32,000 bases of DNA from Pyrobaculum sp. (GCA_038832545.1 JAWBJM010000002.1:1-32000), one strand, 5' to 3'; shown: positions 15,405-26,183, numbered from the stretch's first letter. Numbers and translations are program-made. Notes: a model not told the origin generated them from the sequence alone.

Positions 15405-16121
15405 GTGGATTTCTGGGGTGTGGTAGAAGAAAGAAGATCTATTAGGAGGTTTAAAAAAGAACGTATTCCAGAGGGCCACATAAGGAAGATAATGGAGGCT
15501 GGTAGATTAGCGCCGGTGGACGCCACACTACATCTCTGGACTGTTGTGAGAGTAGTAGAAGAAAATAAGAAATCTTCAATTGCTAAATTAATAGAACAGC
15601 CGCATGTCGAAGAGGCGTCAGACCTATTTGTATTTTTAGCGGATTTGTATAGATTGAAAAAGTTGTTAAATTTAAGAGGGCGTGAGATATCTGATAATAA
15701 ACTATCTCTATTTATCTTCGCGGCAGTTGATGCCGCTTTAGCTGCGGAGAACATGGCCCTAGCCGCGGTGGCATTGGGCTATGGCACTTGTTTTATTGGT
15801 GCGATACAGAACGCAACTCGTCAAATTATCAAGTTACTCGAGCTCCCTCCCCTAGTCTATCCGCTTTTTGGCCTCGTCGTAGGCGTGCCTGCAGAATCTC
15901 CTCCCCCTAGGCCTCGCCTTCCCGTGGAGATGTTGTTTCATTTTGAAAAGTATAGAGAGTACACAGTAGAGGAGTTAGAAGAGGCTTTTAGAACTATGGC
16001 CTCAATTACAAAGTCGGGAGATTGGCTTAAAATATTGGATAGATACGCCGGTAGAGGCGGCTATTTTGAAAAACGAGGTGTTGAGATGGAGGAACTCCTT
16101 AAAGAACTGGGGTTTAGGTAA
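15405..16121 (+). CDS. Nitroreductase family protein (FMN-dependent)
   Basis: N-terminus VVEERRSIRRFKKERIP (the RRSxRxF motif), and later ALAAENMALAAVALGYGTCFIG, typical of the nitroreductase fold. Confidence 0.82.
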   Translation: MDFWGVVEERRSIRRFKKERIPEGHIRKIMEAGRLAPVDATLHLWTVVRVVEENKKSSIAKLIEQPHVEEASDLFVFLADLYRLKKLLNLRGREISDNKLSLFIFAAVDAALAAENMALAAVALGYGTCFIGAIQNATRQIIKLLELPPLVYPLFGLVVGVPAESPPPRPRLPVEMLFHFEKYREYTVEELEEAFRTMASITKSGDWLKILDRYAGRGGYFEKRGVEMEELLKELGFR

Positions 16122-16124
16122 TAC

Positions 16125-16133
16125 TTTTATATA
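16125..16133 (+). promoter_or_regulatory. TATA box of the arcade (arcadin-1/crenactin) operon
   Basis: TTTTATATA is centred about 23 nt upstream of ATG 16152. Confidence 0.55.
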
Positions 16134-16151
16134 GGGAAATCTTCTTGACGT

Positions 16152-16493
16152 ATGTTATCTATACGCGGCGTAGTGGTGTCGAAACAATTGGTCTACGACC
16201 CCACCGGTGTCAAATATATTAAGATTGATATCATAGAGGAGAGAGAAATGCCGGGCCCCGTTGCCGCCTTTTCTGCACACGACGAACAAACTGCTCAGCT
16301 TGTGAGAGAAGTTATGCCGCTAGTTACTCAAATTGTAAAATCTCTACCCTTCGGCGGGGGAAAGATCTCAATACCTAGAGTCACCCTCTGGCTCACTGAC
16401 GAAGAGGTGGAAAATTTTGGAGAGATAGACGTGGGAGACACTGTGTTAATTTTGGTGGCCAACGGCGAGATTAAAATAAAGCCAGAAAGTTAA
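16152..16493 (+). CDS. rkd-1: Arcadin-1 (arcade cluster protein)
   Basis: 113-aa ORF immediately upstream of crenactin, matching the published Thermoproteales gene order rkd-1, cren-1, rkd-2, rkd-3, rkd-4. The call rests on position and size, not on a recognised domain. Confidence 0.7.
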   Translation: MLSIRGVVVSKQLVYDPTGVKYIKIDIIEEREMPGPVAAFSAHDEQTAQLVREVMPLVTQIVKSLPFGGGKISIPRVTLWLTDEEVENFGEIDVGDTVLILVANGEIKIKPES

Positions 16494-16508
16494 AAAACAT
16501 AGACGTAG

Positions 16509-17816
<1,308 letters not shown>

Positions 17817-17819
17817 TAC

Positions 17820-18458
17820 GTGGATTTTGTAAAACTTTTAGTAACTAGATACTTCACAGACGTCTTAGGTATGAAGTATGTAGAAGAGAGAGAGAATGCG
17901 TTGTTGTTTATAGAGGGCTTTAACAAAGTGGCGGTTGGCGTATACGCCGCCGATTTTTATGAAGAGAGTGAGCTATATAAAAAAGTTGGGGCGTTGGCCG
18001 GCCTAGACGCAGTTAAAATTTATTTAGCTGTTTTGCCCAGCGCGTTGCCGTATATAGATGCTAAGTATTTTAAAAACGTCGGCGTGGGATTAGTGGTAGT
18101 AGACGTAGACAAAGGAGTCGACGGTGTCGATGTTAAAATATTCCCTAAGCCAAGGCAGACGTCTACAGCTACTATAGATACTGAAAAAGTTTTAGAAGTT
18201 TTAAGAACTCAGTTATTAAATTATATTGAGAGTCAAATTAAACGTATTGAAAATTCTCTATATGAAAAACTTAAAAACTATATAGATCAAAAAATTGCAG
18301 AGGTAAAAAAATTACTAACTGAGTCTAACCAAACTGGTGTAGAGATAAAAAGATTACAGCCTGAGTCTAGCCAAACCGGCGCGAGTCAGACATCTCAGCC
18401 TAACACACTTCTTTCAAACGACTGGGTGAGAATTTTAAGATCTAAAAGCGGCGGTTAA
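17820..18458 (+). CDS. rkd-2: Arcadin-2
   Basis: 212-aa ORF starting 3 nt after crenactin (GTG). Globular N-terminus, a coiled-coil segment, a Gln/Ser/Thr-rich linker and a short C-terminal peptide, as described for the crenactin-binding arcadin-2. Confidence 0.7.
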   Translation: MDFVKLLVTRYFTDVLGMKYVEERENALLFIEGFNKVAVGVYAADFYEESELYKKVGALAGLDAVKIYLAVLPSALPYIDAKYFKNVGVGLVVVDVDKGVDGVDVKIFPKPRQTSTATIDTEKVLEVLRTQLLNYIESQIKRIENSLYEKLKNYIDQKIAEVKKLLTESNQTGVEIKRLQPESSQTGASQTSQPNTLLSNDWVRILRSKSGG

Positions 18459-18485
18459 TATTTAAGGTAGTGAAGAAAGAGCTTT

Positions 18486-18656
18486 GTGGAGGTCCTCCTT
18501 GAAGAAGTTAGAAAAGTCTTTGGAGAGACAGAGGAGAGGAAATTAGTCGAGAAGTTAATTCTACTATATAAAGAGGGGGGGTCAAGAGCTGTTAAGACAG
18601 CTCTTGTTGAATATCTCAAAAAATTTGGCGTCGATGTGGAGGTTAAAGAAGATTGA
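18486..18656 (+). CDS. rkd-3: Arcadin-3 (56 aa): MEVLLEEVRKVFGETEERKLVEKLILLYKEGGSRAVKTALVEYLKKFGVDVEVKED
   Basis: Hand translation from GTG 18486; below the track cutoff. It lies between arcadin-2 and arcadin-4 as expected for rkd-3, and its 3-prime end overlaps the arcadin-4 start by 23 nt. Confidence 0.6.
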   Translation: MEVLLEEVRKVFGETEERKLVEKLILLYKEGGSRAVKTALVEYLKKFGVDVEVKED

Positions 18657-21012
18657 AGTTGAAAATTTTAGGTCGTATAGAGGAAGACACATTCTTGAAC
18701 TTGGCGATGTTAATATATTGTGGGGGAGGATAGGCGCTGGCAAGACTTCTATACTATACGCAATTGAATACGCTCTATTTGGTAAACAGCTAGAGGTAAA
18801 AGAAAGAGTGGCGAAACTCATCGATTTAATAAATACAGACAGCCAAGAGTTAAAAGTCTCTTTAACTTTACAAAAAGGCGGAGACACGCTTTACGTATCT
18901 CGCGTCATGGGGCGGAGAGGGTCTGAACGATTAACAATACGACTGAATAATGTAGAACTTAAGGGCAGAGACGCTGAGAAAAAACTTAAAGAGATTCTTG
19001 GTGTAGACGAAGATATATACGAACGCCTTGTGTATATATCCCATAGAACACTAGAGGGGTTTATATACGGGACTCTACAAAAAAGGGCTCTTTCAGTAGA
19101 TAGACTATTTGGAGTTGACTTAATTGACGACGTAATTAAACACATTTCGTCATTTGAAAAAATATTGATCAACCGTGCCGAAGAGCTTAGGAAAAAAATA
19201 GCCAGTTACGAAAAGTATAAAGAAATTATTAGAAAATATGGAGGCTACAGAGGTCTAATTTCCCGACTACATACACTCAGCGAAGAAATTTCTATATTGA
19301 AGGAGAAAGAGGCGGCGTTGGCGAAAAAAGTAGAGGAATTGGCCAGGGAGAGGTCGGAATATATTGAAAGATTAAAAGAAAAAGAGAGTGTGTTAATAGA
19401 ATACTACAAAACAAAGTCTGAACTTGAGTTTTTAGAGTCGAGTGTCGATAAAGAGCCTGACGTTGCTACAGTGGAGAAGATAAGAAGTGCATTAAGAGAA
19501 GTTTTGGAAGAGTATGAACATATGGTAGGTTCTGATTTTTTAGACAAGTTATCTAAAACTAACGACTTAGAGAGCTTAAGTACAATTTTAATAAATGCCT
19601 ACGAAGAAATTGTTAAATTGTCTAGAGAGATTGAGACTCAGTTGTACGACTCTAAGAAGCTATACGATCACTATACGACTAGGCTAAGGAGAGTCGAGGA
19701 CGAGATCTCAAACTTAGAGACGAAGCTACGGAGATTAGAGCCGCAGTATCAAAGATTTAAAGAGTTGCAGAAGAAGTATAAAAGTCTTGAAGATGTAAAA
19801 ACGACATTGGTAGAGATCAAAAAGAAGCTAGAGGAGTTAGAACGAGCTGTGTCTTATTCATCAGCTTTGAGGACTGTTGCACTACATGTTTTTGAAAGAG
19901 GCATCTCGACATGTCCAATATGTGGAACAATGCTGGATTCTACAGCTGTGTCTAAACTTATAGAAGAGTTAGATTCGAAGTATGGAGAGTTAGTAAAAGA
20001 GTTAGAAGACTTACGGACGAGAGTATACGAATTGGAACGGGCATTAGTCGAAATGGAGACGCTTACCAGCGACGTCTCTGAATATCTCTCAACGAAGTCA
20101 CACTTGGCGGAACTCCAGAGAGAGAGAGATGAGATAGTAAATAGAATATTGCAGCTTGAGAAGTCTATTAAACAACTTGAGCGTAGAGTAGAAAAAATAC
20201 GGCAGCTATTGGCCAAGGTAGATAGAAAAGTTATCTACGACGCTGTGTCAAAATTCGGCAAGTCTATAAGAATTCGTGAGCTTAGGCGTAGGTTAAGAGA
20301 ACTTGAGGATATTCTAAAGAAGTCGGGCGTCACGGAGGAGGTAATAAACATAGACTCAACTTGGAGAGAAACGGCTGAGGAGTTTGAAAAGATCTCCTCT
20401 AGGCTATCTGAATATTTTAGAGAGAAGATGATGCTCGAAGAAGTGGAGAGAGAGATAGGCGGCGATGTGGAGAATTTAAGAAAGGAACTCGACAACGTTT
20501 TGTACGCCTATGGCAAATTTCAAAATATTAAATCTAGGCTTGAGTTAGTGAAGATCAACACTAGGTCGCGCATGTTAGAGAGAGCTAGGGATAAATTCAA
20601 CGAGGTATTTCTCGCGCTTTATAAATACGGTGATATAGTGAAGGTAGGGGCTGATCTTGAACAACGAAAGGGCTACTACGATTTTTACGCCCTGGGGCCA
20701 GCTGGGGAGAGGTTTGGAATCTCTAAACTAAGCGACGGGCAGAGACTATCAATGGCCTTAGCACTTGCCTTGGCGCTTCGTGAGGTGTCTAACGTAGGGG
20801 TTGACTTTATTATATTTGACGAGCCAATTCCATATGTTGATGTAAATATAAGAAGAGCCTTTGTAGATCTAGTTAAGTCTTTGGCGCACAGCCGCCAGTT
20901 GATAGTTGCGACGCAATCTAGGGAATTCGCCGAGGAGATTAGAGAGGCTTTATCTATGTCTAAATTCTTTAAGATTGTAAAAGGGGAGTCCTCTAGAATA
21001 GATTTAGATTAG
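18634..21012 (+). CDS. rkd-4: Arcadin-4, SMC/Rad50-like coiled-coil ATPase
   Basis: I prefer ATG 18634 (MWRLKKIEVENFRSYRG, a typical SMC/Rad50 N-terminus) over the track TTG 18604. Walker A GRIGAGKTS, long heptad-rich middle region, central CPIC (19912-19923), signature LSDGQRLSMALALALAL, Walker B DFIIFDEP. Confidence 0.85.
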   Translation: MWRLKKIEVENFRSYRGRHILELGDVNILWGRIGAGKTSILYAIEYALFGKQLEVKERVAKLIDLINTDSQELKVSLTLQKGGDTLYVSRVMGRRGSERLTIRLNNVELKGRDAEKKLKEILGVDEDIYERLVYISHRTLEGFIYGTLQKRALSVDRLFGVDLIDDVIKHISSFEKILINRAEELRKKIASYEKYKEIIRKYGGYRGLISRLHTLSEEISILKEKEAALAKKVEELARERSEYIERLKEKESVLIEYYKTKSELEFLESSVDKEPDVATVEKIRSALREVLEEYEHMVGSDFLDKLSKTNDLESLSTILINAYEEIVKLSREIETQLYDSKKLYDHYTTRLRRVEDEISNLETKLRRLEPQYQRFKELQKKYKSLEDVKTTLVEIKKKLEELERAVSYSSALRTVALHVFERGISTCPICGTMLDSTAVSKLIEELDSKYGELVKELEDLRTRVYELERALVEMETLTSDVSEYLSTKSHLAELQRERDEIVNRILQLEKSIKQLERRVEKIRQLLAKVDRKVIYDAVSKFGKSIRIRELRRRLRELEDILKKSGVTEEVINIDSTWRETAEEFEKISSRLSEYFREKMMLEEVEREIGGDVENLRKELDNVLYAYGKFQNIKSRLELVKINTRSRMLERARDKFNEVFLALYKYGDIVKVGADLEQRKGYYDFYALGPAGERFGISKLSDGQRLSMALALALALREVSNVGVDFIIFDEPIPYVDVNIRRAFVDLVKSLAHSRQLIVATQSREFAEEIREALSMSKFFKIVKGESSRIDLD

Positions 21013-21073
21013 TCAGTGCTCCAGACCCTCTTCATCTATCAGAGGCCCCACATTTAATTTTCTCCACATCTCT

Positions 21074-21811
21074 CTATTCATTTTGGTATATATACCTCGC
21101 CTTTAGCCAGAGGTGGTTAAAATAAGTCTTCGCTATGTCAATGAGAAAACGTTCGTTGGAATAAACGCCGGATAATTCGCCGCCATATTTTACATATATT
21201 AATACCGCGTCGCCAATGGCGCCGCCTCCGAACATCTCGCCGACTGTCTTGACTTGGATACGTGGAGGGAGTTCAAATTTCGAAGCTAAGTTCTCTGTAG
21301 TTAATATTCTAATGGGTATTCTCTTCGACTCTTCTATAACGACTGCGAGGAGTCTATACGAAACTAATTCTGGGAAGGGCAGGGCTAAATAAACATCGCC
21401 GTGAGACGAGACTATGACCTCCTCAGTCAAGTCTATTATCCTCTCCCCCCCTCTTATTATTGTTAGAAATGTTGGAGTTAAAACTGCGTAATTACTTTCA
21501 TATGTCATTTGTAGTGTATCAAAAAGCGGCTTTAACGACTTTAAGATGTCTGAAGTTCTGTTTACTAGTTTTTTATATACTTCTGCTGGTGGAGCAGCCC
21601 GGAATTTAACCGGCCTCTCTCTTGTGTCTATTTCCACTAGTCCTATATTTTCAAGTTTTTTTAAATAGATATATATCTTGGTATAGGGAATTTTTAAAAT
21701 TTCTGATAATTCTCTCGCAGTCAAAGCCCCCTTCTCTACCAGGGTTATATATATATTTACTTCTTTACTCCCTATGCCCAGGTTGTTGAGTACAGTTTCA
21801 ATACGCTTCAT
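21074..21811 (-). CDS. TrmB-family transcriptional regulator
   Basis: N-terminal wHTH LGIGSKEVNIYITLVEKGALTARELSEILKIPYTKIYIYLKKLENIGLVE, followed by a C-terminal effector-like domain. 245 aa. Confidence 0.8.
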   Translation of the reverse strand: MKRIETVLNNLGIGSKEVNIYITLVEKGALTARELSEILKIPYTKIYIYLKKLENIGLVEIDTRERPVKFRAAPPAEVYKKLVNRTSDILKSLKPLFDTLQMTYESNYAVLTPTFLTIIRGGERIIDLTEEVIVSSHGDVYLALPFPELVSYRLLAVVIEESKRIPIRILTTENLASKFELPPRIQVKTVGEMFGGGAIGDAVLIYVKYGGELSGVYSNERFLIDIAKTYFNHLWLKARYIYQNE

Positions 21812-21893
21812 AGAGGAGAAGTATTTGAAAGTATTTACTCTTTTCCGTTAATGAAGTTAAAAAGTATATAAATAGACTATCAAACCGTTTTTG

Positions 21894-23624
21894 ATGAGTA
21901 AACAAATAGCTATTAAGGATATAAGTAAGACAACTAAATTAGTCGATTTGTCAAAATTCAATTTACCAGATAGATATAAATCTACTTTAATGAATGAAAA
22001 ATGGCAGAGTCTTTTAAAACACCGATATGGACTACCTGAACACACGAGAGTGGTTAAATCTACTCTCTCGCTGTGTCCTGTGTGTAACGCGCGTATACCT
22101 GCAGTGGTGTATGAAGAAGGCGGCGCCATTTGGCTTAGGAAAAAATGTGATGAACACGGCGTATTTGAGGACTTATACTGGGGCGATGCCGAGATGTATT
22201 ACTACTTTTTACAGTGGGACAGGCCCGAATATATTGCGAAGGGTTTGGCAAATCCCTATACCGATTTAGAATTTTATAAAGATATGGGATCTTGTCCAGA
22301 TGGATGTGGCCTTTGTCCAGTTCATAAATCAAACACCGTCTTGGCTATTGTAGACGTGACGAATAGGTGCAATATGGCGTGTCCAGTCTGTTTTGCAAAC
22401 GCCGGAGCAGCTGGTTATGTCTACGAGCCGACTATAGAGCAGATTGAGTATATGTTGAGAACACTTAGAGCTCAGAAACCATGGGCTCCAAACGCAGTTC
22501 AGCTATCCGGCGGAGAGCCCACTCTGAGAGACGACTTGCCGGAAATTGTTAGAATTGCGCGTAGATTAGGCTTTACACATATCGAGGTAAATACTAATGG
22601 TATAAGACTCGCAAACGACATAGAGTACTACAAGGCTTTACTAGACGCTGGCATTTCTACTCTATATCTACAGTTTGACACAATTGACGAGAATAACGAA
22701 GGGGTGTGGAGACATAGACTCTACCACCCCAAGGCCTATAGGTTAATAAAAGAGAGAGTGTTGGAGAACGCGAGGAAACTTGGGCACCGCTCAATTGTCT
22801 TAGTTGTGACACTGGCGCGTAACTACAACGACAAAGACCTAGGTAAAATAATCGACGTGGCGATTAAAAATAGAGACGTGGTGAGATGGATAAATATCCA
22901 ACCGGTGAGTTTTGCAGGTAGAGCCAGGCTGTATAGTAAAGAAGAGCTTAGAAGCTATAGAATTACTATACCTGACACAATTATTGAAATAGAGAGGCAG
23001 ACTGGAGGATTGATAAGCCGTTGGGATTGGAGACCTACTAACTGGCCCGTGGCTTTGGCCAAAATGGTAGAGGTCTTGACGGACTCCCCCAGGCCTCTAT
23101 TTTCTATGAATCCCATGTGCGGCGCCGCCACTTTCATATACTATGACGAGGACGAAAAGAAGATCTACCCAATTACAAAACTCGTAGATGTCGACGTCTT
23201 TGAGAAGGGTGCTTGGGATATATATTACACTGCAGCTAAAGGAGGTCTGTTTAAACACGCAGCTAAAGTAAAGGCGCTTAAGCTAGTAAAGGCTGTAAAA
23301 CATAAAAAAGTGAAAGAGTTGATATACGACTTCTTGTTGAGAAAAGACTACGAATCGCTAGGCCGCTTCTTCTTTAACGTAGTTGGCATTGGGATTATGC
23401 ACTTTATGGATACTATGAATTACGACATAGAGAGAGTACAGCGCTGTGATATCCACTACGCGACGCCAGACGGCCGCGTATTTCCATTCTGTACATACAA
23501 TGTAGTTGGCCACAGAGAGAAAGTAGAAAGTTCCTTTAAGGTAGATTCAAAGACGTGGACAAAGATAACAGGTCTGTCGCTCACTGGGTGGAATAGGACC
23601 AAATTTGTAGAATTTAAGACCTAA
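21894..23624 (+). CDS. Radical SAM protein of the MJ0619 / Tes (GDGT-MAS, tetraether lipid synthase) type
   Basis: N-terminal Cys motif LCPVCNARIP...CDEHG, a second Cys motif CPDGCGLCPVH, the rSAM motif NRCNMACPVC (from 22368), GGEPTLR, and a long C-terminal domain. The ATG at 21894 lies about 26 nt downstream of AAAGTATATAAATA (21861-21874). The rSAM call is secure; the Tes assignment comes from recalled family architecture only. Confidence 0.6.
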   Translation: MSKQIAIKDISKTTKLVDLSKFNLPDRYKSTLMNEKWQSLLKHRYGLPEHTRVVKSTLSLCPVCNARIPAVVYEEGGAIWLRKKCDEHGVFEDLYWGDAEMYYYFLQWDRPEYIAKGLANPYTDLEFYKDMGSCPDGCGLCPVHKSNTVLAIVDVTNRCNMACPVCFANAGAAGYVYEPTIEQIEYMLRTLRAQKPWAPNAVQLSGGEPTLRDDLPEIVRIARRLGFTHIEVNTNGIRLANDIEYYKALLDAGISTLYLQFDTIDENNEGVWRHRLYHPKAYRLIKERVLENARKLGHRSIVLVVTLARNYNDKDLGKIIDVAIKNRDVVRWINIQPVSFAGRARLYSKEELRSYRITIPDTIIEIERQTGGLISRWDWRPTNWPVALAKMVEVLTDSPRPLFSMNPMCGAATFIYYDEDEKKIYPITKLVDVDVFEKGAWDIYYTAAKGGLFKHAAKVKALKLVKAVKHKKVKELIYDFLLRKDYESLGRFFFNVVGIGIMHFMDTMNYDIERVQRCDIHYATPDGRVFPFCTYNVVGHREKVESSFKVDSKTWTKITGLSLTGWNRTKFVEFKT

Positions 23625-25425
23625 GTTTTAAGAGAATTATCACAAGGCCTGCTAATAACGGGATTACCAACAAACCCGCTAGGTTTTGAATATCGTTAGT
23701 CTGTAAATCTTTTCTCTCTACATATCTGGGCGTTGGTATTGTTGTATTTTTCATAGCTACTGGCAATTCAACATAGTACTGGACCTCTACTCTTGAAACA
23801 TTTACAGTTCTGTAATATTTTTCTATTACCTCTTTCTGAAGTTTTAAATTTTCAATTTCTCTTCTTAAAGTATCGCTGAAGTTTAATACAATCGACTGCA
23901 GTCCTCCCACTCTAGGTAATGTCTCTAGCTGTTGTCTACGGAAGGCCTCTAGATCGTCGGCTGATCGAAGAAGTGTAATACCTACATTTTTCAATATGTT
24001 GGAGGCGTTGGCCAATGGAGTTAATAACTTTAATACATCTTCTCCAACTATATACAGTTGTCTAGCGAGTTGGTATAAATTACTTGATGCATTTGCTAAA
24101 ATAATCGGCATCTCATTTTTCAACACGGTAGCGTTTTGCCTTGTCGAAGCCGCTGTGGAGTTAAGAAGTGGGGCTATCTCACCTAGACTTTTTTGTGTCG
24201 ATCGTAGTGTAGACGACGTGGCTTCAAGAGCCGAAATCGCCGCGTCTAGAGTACTTATTAAAACATCAACGGTGTTCTTTAACGTCCGTAATTGTATGAC
24301 TACATTATCTATGGCCTGGTCTACAACAGCCGTTACGTTATTTGGAAGAAGTCTTGTAATATCTTTTGTTTTATGAACCTCGTATATTGTCTTATCAATT
24401 CGTTGACTAATTTGTATTAAGTCTCTTCTTATCTGTAACAGCGCCTCTTTATTTTTCACAACAGCTCGATCTGCTTCTTGTGCCGCGTTCTTATATGACA
24501 CCAACGCGGCGGATTGGGTCTCGAGTATATTAGCCGCAGTTATTAACGCCACGTATTGGTAATCCAATAGTAGAAGACTTTGGTTTATTACGCGGGCTAC
24601 TGTTTCTGCCGCGTTTCCCAGAGCAAGTATTTGTCTTCTGAGGGCCTCTAAGGCGTATGCCGACATATTAACGCCGTCTGCCCCTTGTAATAATGCCGAA
24701 CCTGTTAGTCTAAAGATTTGTATAAGTTGTGTTAAATTATTAATTTGTCTATATACAATATCTGTAAATTGTGTCATAGCAGCGCTGAGATTTGACGTAT
24801 ATAAATAGGCGGATCTAAAATTTTCAATCTGCTTTTCAATATTTCTCACTGTCTGGTTTAGTTCTAGTGCAGAGGTGATTACAATAGTGGGTAGTCTAGT
24901 CGCTCCGAAGCTCCCAAACCTCTTAATTTTTAAACTAAGTTCAAAAGTTGATGAGTCCTCTACTAAAATTGTCCAGTAATAGACCCTCATTCCAGATATC
25001 TGTGAAATTGATGTAGGAGGTGTGTCGAAGAGAACAGCTATGTTATCGTCTATGCTTATAGACACTATTACCGGCACGGCTATCTTGAGGAGTGAGGTGA
25101 ATCTAAAGCTTATTCTCACTAAGCTAGACTCATCTGCGTAAAGGATCTCTCTATCTAATGTGGCGTTTACAAAGTCTATAGACAAATCAATTTTTATAAA
25201 GGGCGGGTAAATGTTCTGTACTTCTTTCTCTATCGTTATAGCAGTATAAGGAGGCACGACGACGCCCGAGACTTCTACAGCATGAGGCCCTTTGTTGATA
25301 ATTAACTCTCTAGTCATTGTCGTAAGAATTGTGTCTCCCCACGGCTTTGTAGTATATGTCATAACTACTGTAGTACTGGCTGCTAGAAGTTGGACAATGA
25401 GAAGTGCTAACAAGAGGTACTTCAT
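23614..25425 (-). CDS. Extracytoplasmic, membrane-anchored helical protein (603 aa) with many N-x-S/T sequons; last gene of the FtsX/ABC operon
   Basis: N-terminal signal/anchor MKYLLLALLIVQLLAAS. The first ~190 aa look beta-rich. About 350 aa are helical and Ala/Leu/Gln/Asn-rich, with more than ten N-x-S/T sites. C-terminal TM LAGLLVIPLLAGLVIILL. Its start overlaps the ATPase stop by 4 nt. Confidence 0.75.
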   Translation of the reverse strand: MKYLLLALLIVQLLAASTTVVMTYTTKPWGDTILTTMTRELIINKGPHAVEVSGVVVPPYTAITIEKEVQNIYPPFIKIDLSIDFVNATLDREILYADESSLVRISFRFTSLLKIAVPVIVSISIDDNIAVLFDTPPTSISQISGMRVYYWTILVEDSSTFELSLKIKRFGSFGATRLPTIVITSALELNQTVRNIEKQIENFRSAYLYTSNLSAAMTQFTDIVYRQINNLTQLIQIFRLTGSALLQGADGVNMSAYALEALRRQILALGNAAETVARVINQSLLLLDYQYVALITAANILETQSAALVSYKNAAQEADRAVVKNKEALLQIRRDLIQISQRIDKTIYEVHKTKDITRLLPNNVTAVVDQAIDNVVIQLRTLKNTVDVLISTLDAAISALEATSSTLRSTQKSLGEIAPLLNSTAASTRQNATVLKNEMPIILANASSNLYQLARQLYIVGEDVLKLLTPLANASNILKNVGITLLRSADDLEAFRRQQLETLPRVGGLQSIVLNFSDTLRREIENLKLQKEVIEKYYRTVNVSRVEVQYYVELPVAMKNTTIPTPRYVERKDLQTNDIQNLAGLLVIPLLAGLVIILLKLRS

Positions 25426-26183
25426 ATACCTAACAACTCATCTATGTGTTTAATTTTTTCATAAGACTCAAGAGCTTTTTCAAAATCTACTTTAACCGCT
25501 CTACGAGGAGGCTCTCCACTTTCGTAAATACGGCCGCCGCGGATATACACTATCCTATTTGCTATCTGCACCACGTCTAAGTCATGGGTGGCTATAAAGA
25601 CTGTAGTTTTGAAAAACTTATTCACAGCAGCTATCAACCCCAGTACAATAGATACGTTGTCTATATCTATATTTGAGGTGGGCTCGTCGAGAGCTAGTAC
25701 GGGCGGATTAGTTGCTAAAGCTCTTGCAACTGCCACACGTTGTTGCATACCCCCCGACATTTGATGTGGGTATAGCTTACCCATCTTCTCCAAGCCTACG
25801 AATTCTAATAAAACACGTGCCTTTGCTAAAGCAAGCTCTTTTTTAATACCAAGTGCTAGCAACGGCAGTGCTATGTTTTGTTCAGCTGTGAGATACGGAA
25901 TTAGATTATAGCTTTGGAAGAGATATCCAATATTCCTCAGTCTAAATCTTTCCAGTTTTTTCTCAGACATCTTAGTCACGTCGACGCCTAAGATCCGAAC
26001 CTCGCCGCTAGTGGGCCTATCTAACGTGGCAATTATATTGAGTAATGTAGTTTTCCCAGAACCCGAAGGCCCCATGATGACGACTGTCTCTCCACGGCTT
26101 ATAGATAGCGATATATGCTCTAGAGCTACGACTCTCACCGTGCCGTTGTAGATCTTTGTCACGTCGACTAACTCTACCGCCAT
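25422..26183 (-). CDS. ABC transporter ATP-binding protein (MacB/LolD-like)
   Basis: Walker A GPSGSGKTT, Q-loop, signature MSGGMQQRVAVARAL, Walker B VLALDEPTS, H-loop ATHD. Confidence 0.92.
   Translation of the reverse strand: MAVELVDVTKIYNGTVRVVALEHISLSISRGETVVIMGPSGSGKTTLLNIIATLDRPTSGEVRILGVDVTKMSEKKLERFRLRNIGYLFQSYNLIPYLTAEQNIALPLLALGIKKELALAKARVLLEFVGLEKMGKLYPHQMSGGMQQRVAVARALATNPPVLALDEPTSNIDIDNVSIVLGLIAAVNKFFKTTVFIATHDLDVVQIANRIVYIRGGRIYESGEPPRRAVKVDFEKALESYEKIKHIDELLGI

Noticed and set aside
15308-15754. 148-aa minus-strand ORF and the long version (to 15479) of the zinc-ribbon ORF
   Set aside because: Both run antisense through the nitroreductase N-terminus and the shared promoter. 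The nitroreductase frame has clear family motifs.
21013-21073. Possible minus-strand C/D box sRNA or terminator hairpin between arcadin-4 and the TrmB-like gene
   Set aside because: CTGA boxes are present, but the C box is poor (ATGTGGG) and the guide spacing (about 15 nt) is wrong. Only a 7-bp hairpin (GGCCTCT/AGAGGGTC, with a G-U pair) remains, which is too weak to call.
21857-24376. ORFs 21857-22129(-), 22027-22269(+), 22135-22332(-), 22955-23137(-), 23996-24376(+)
   Set aside because: They are overlapping or antisense frames of the Tes-like rSAM gene and the 603-aa surface protein gene, with no independent support.
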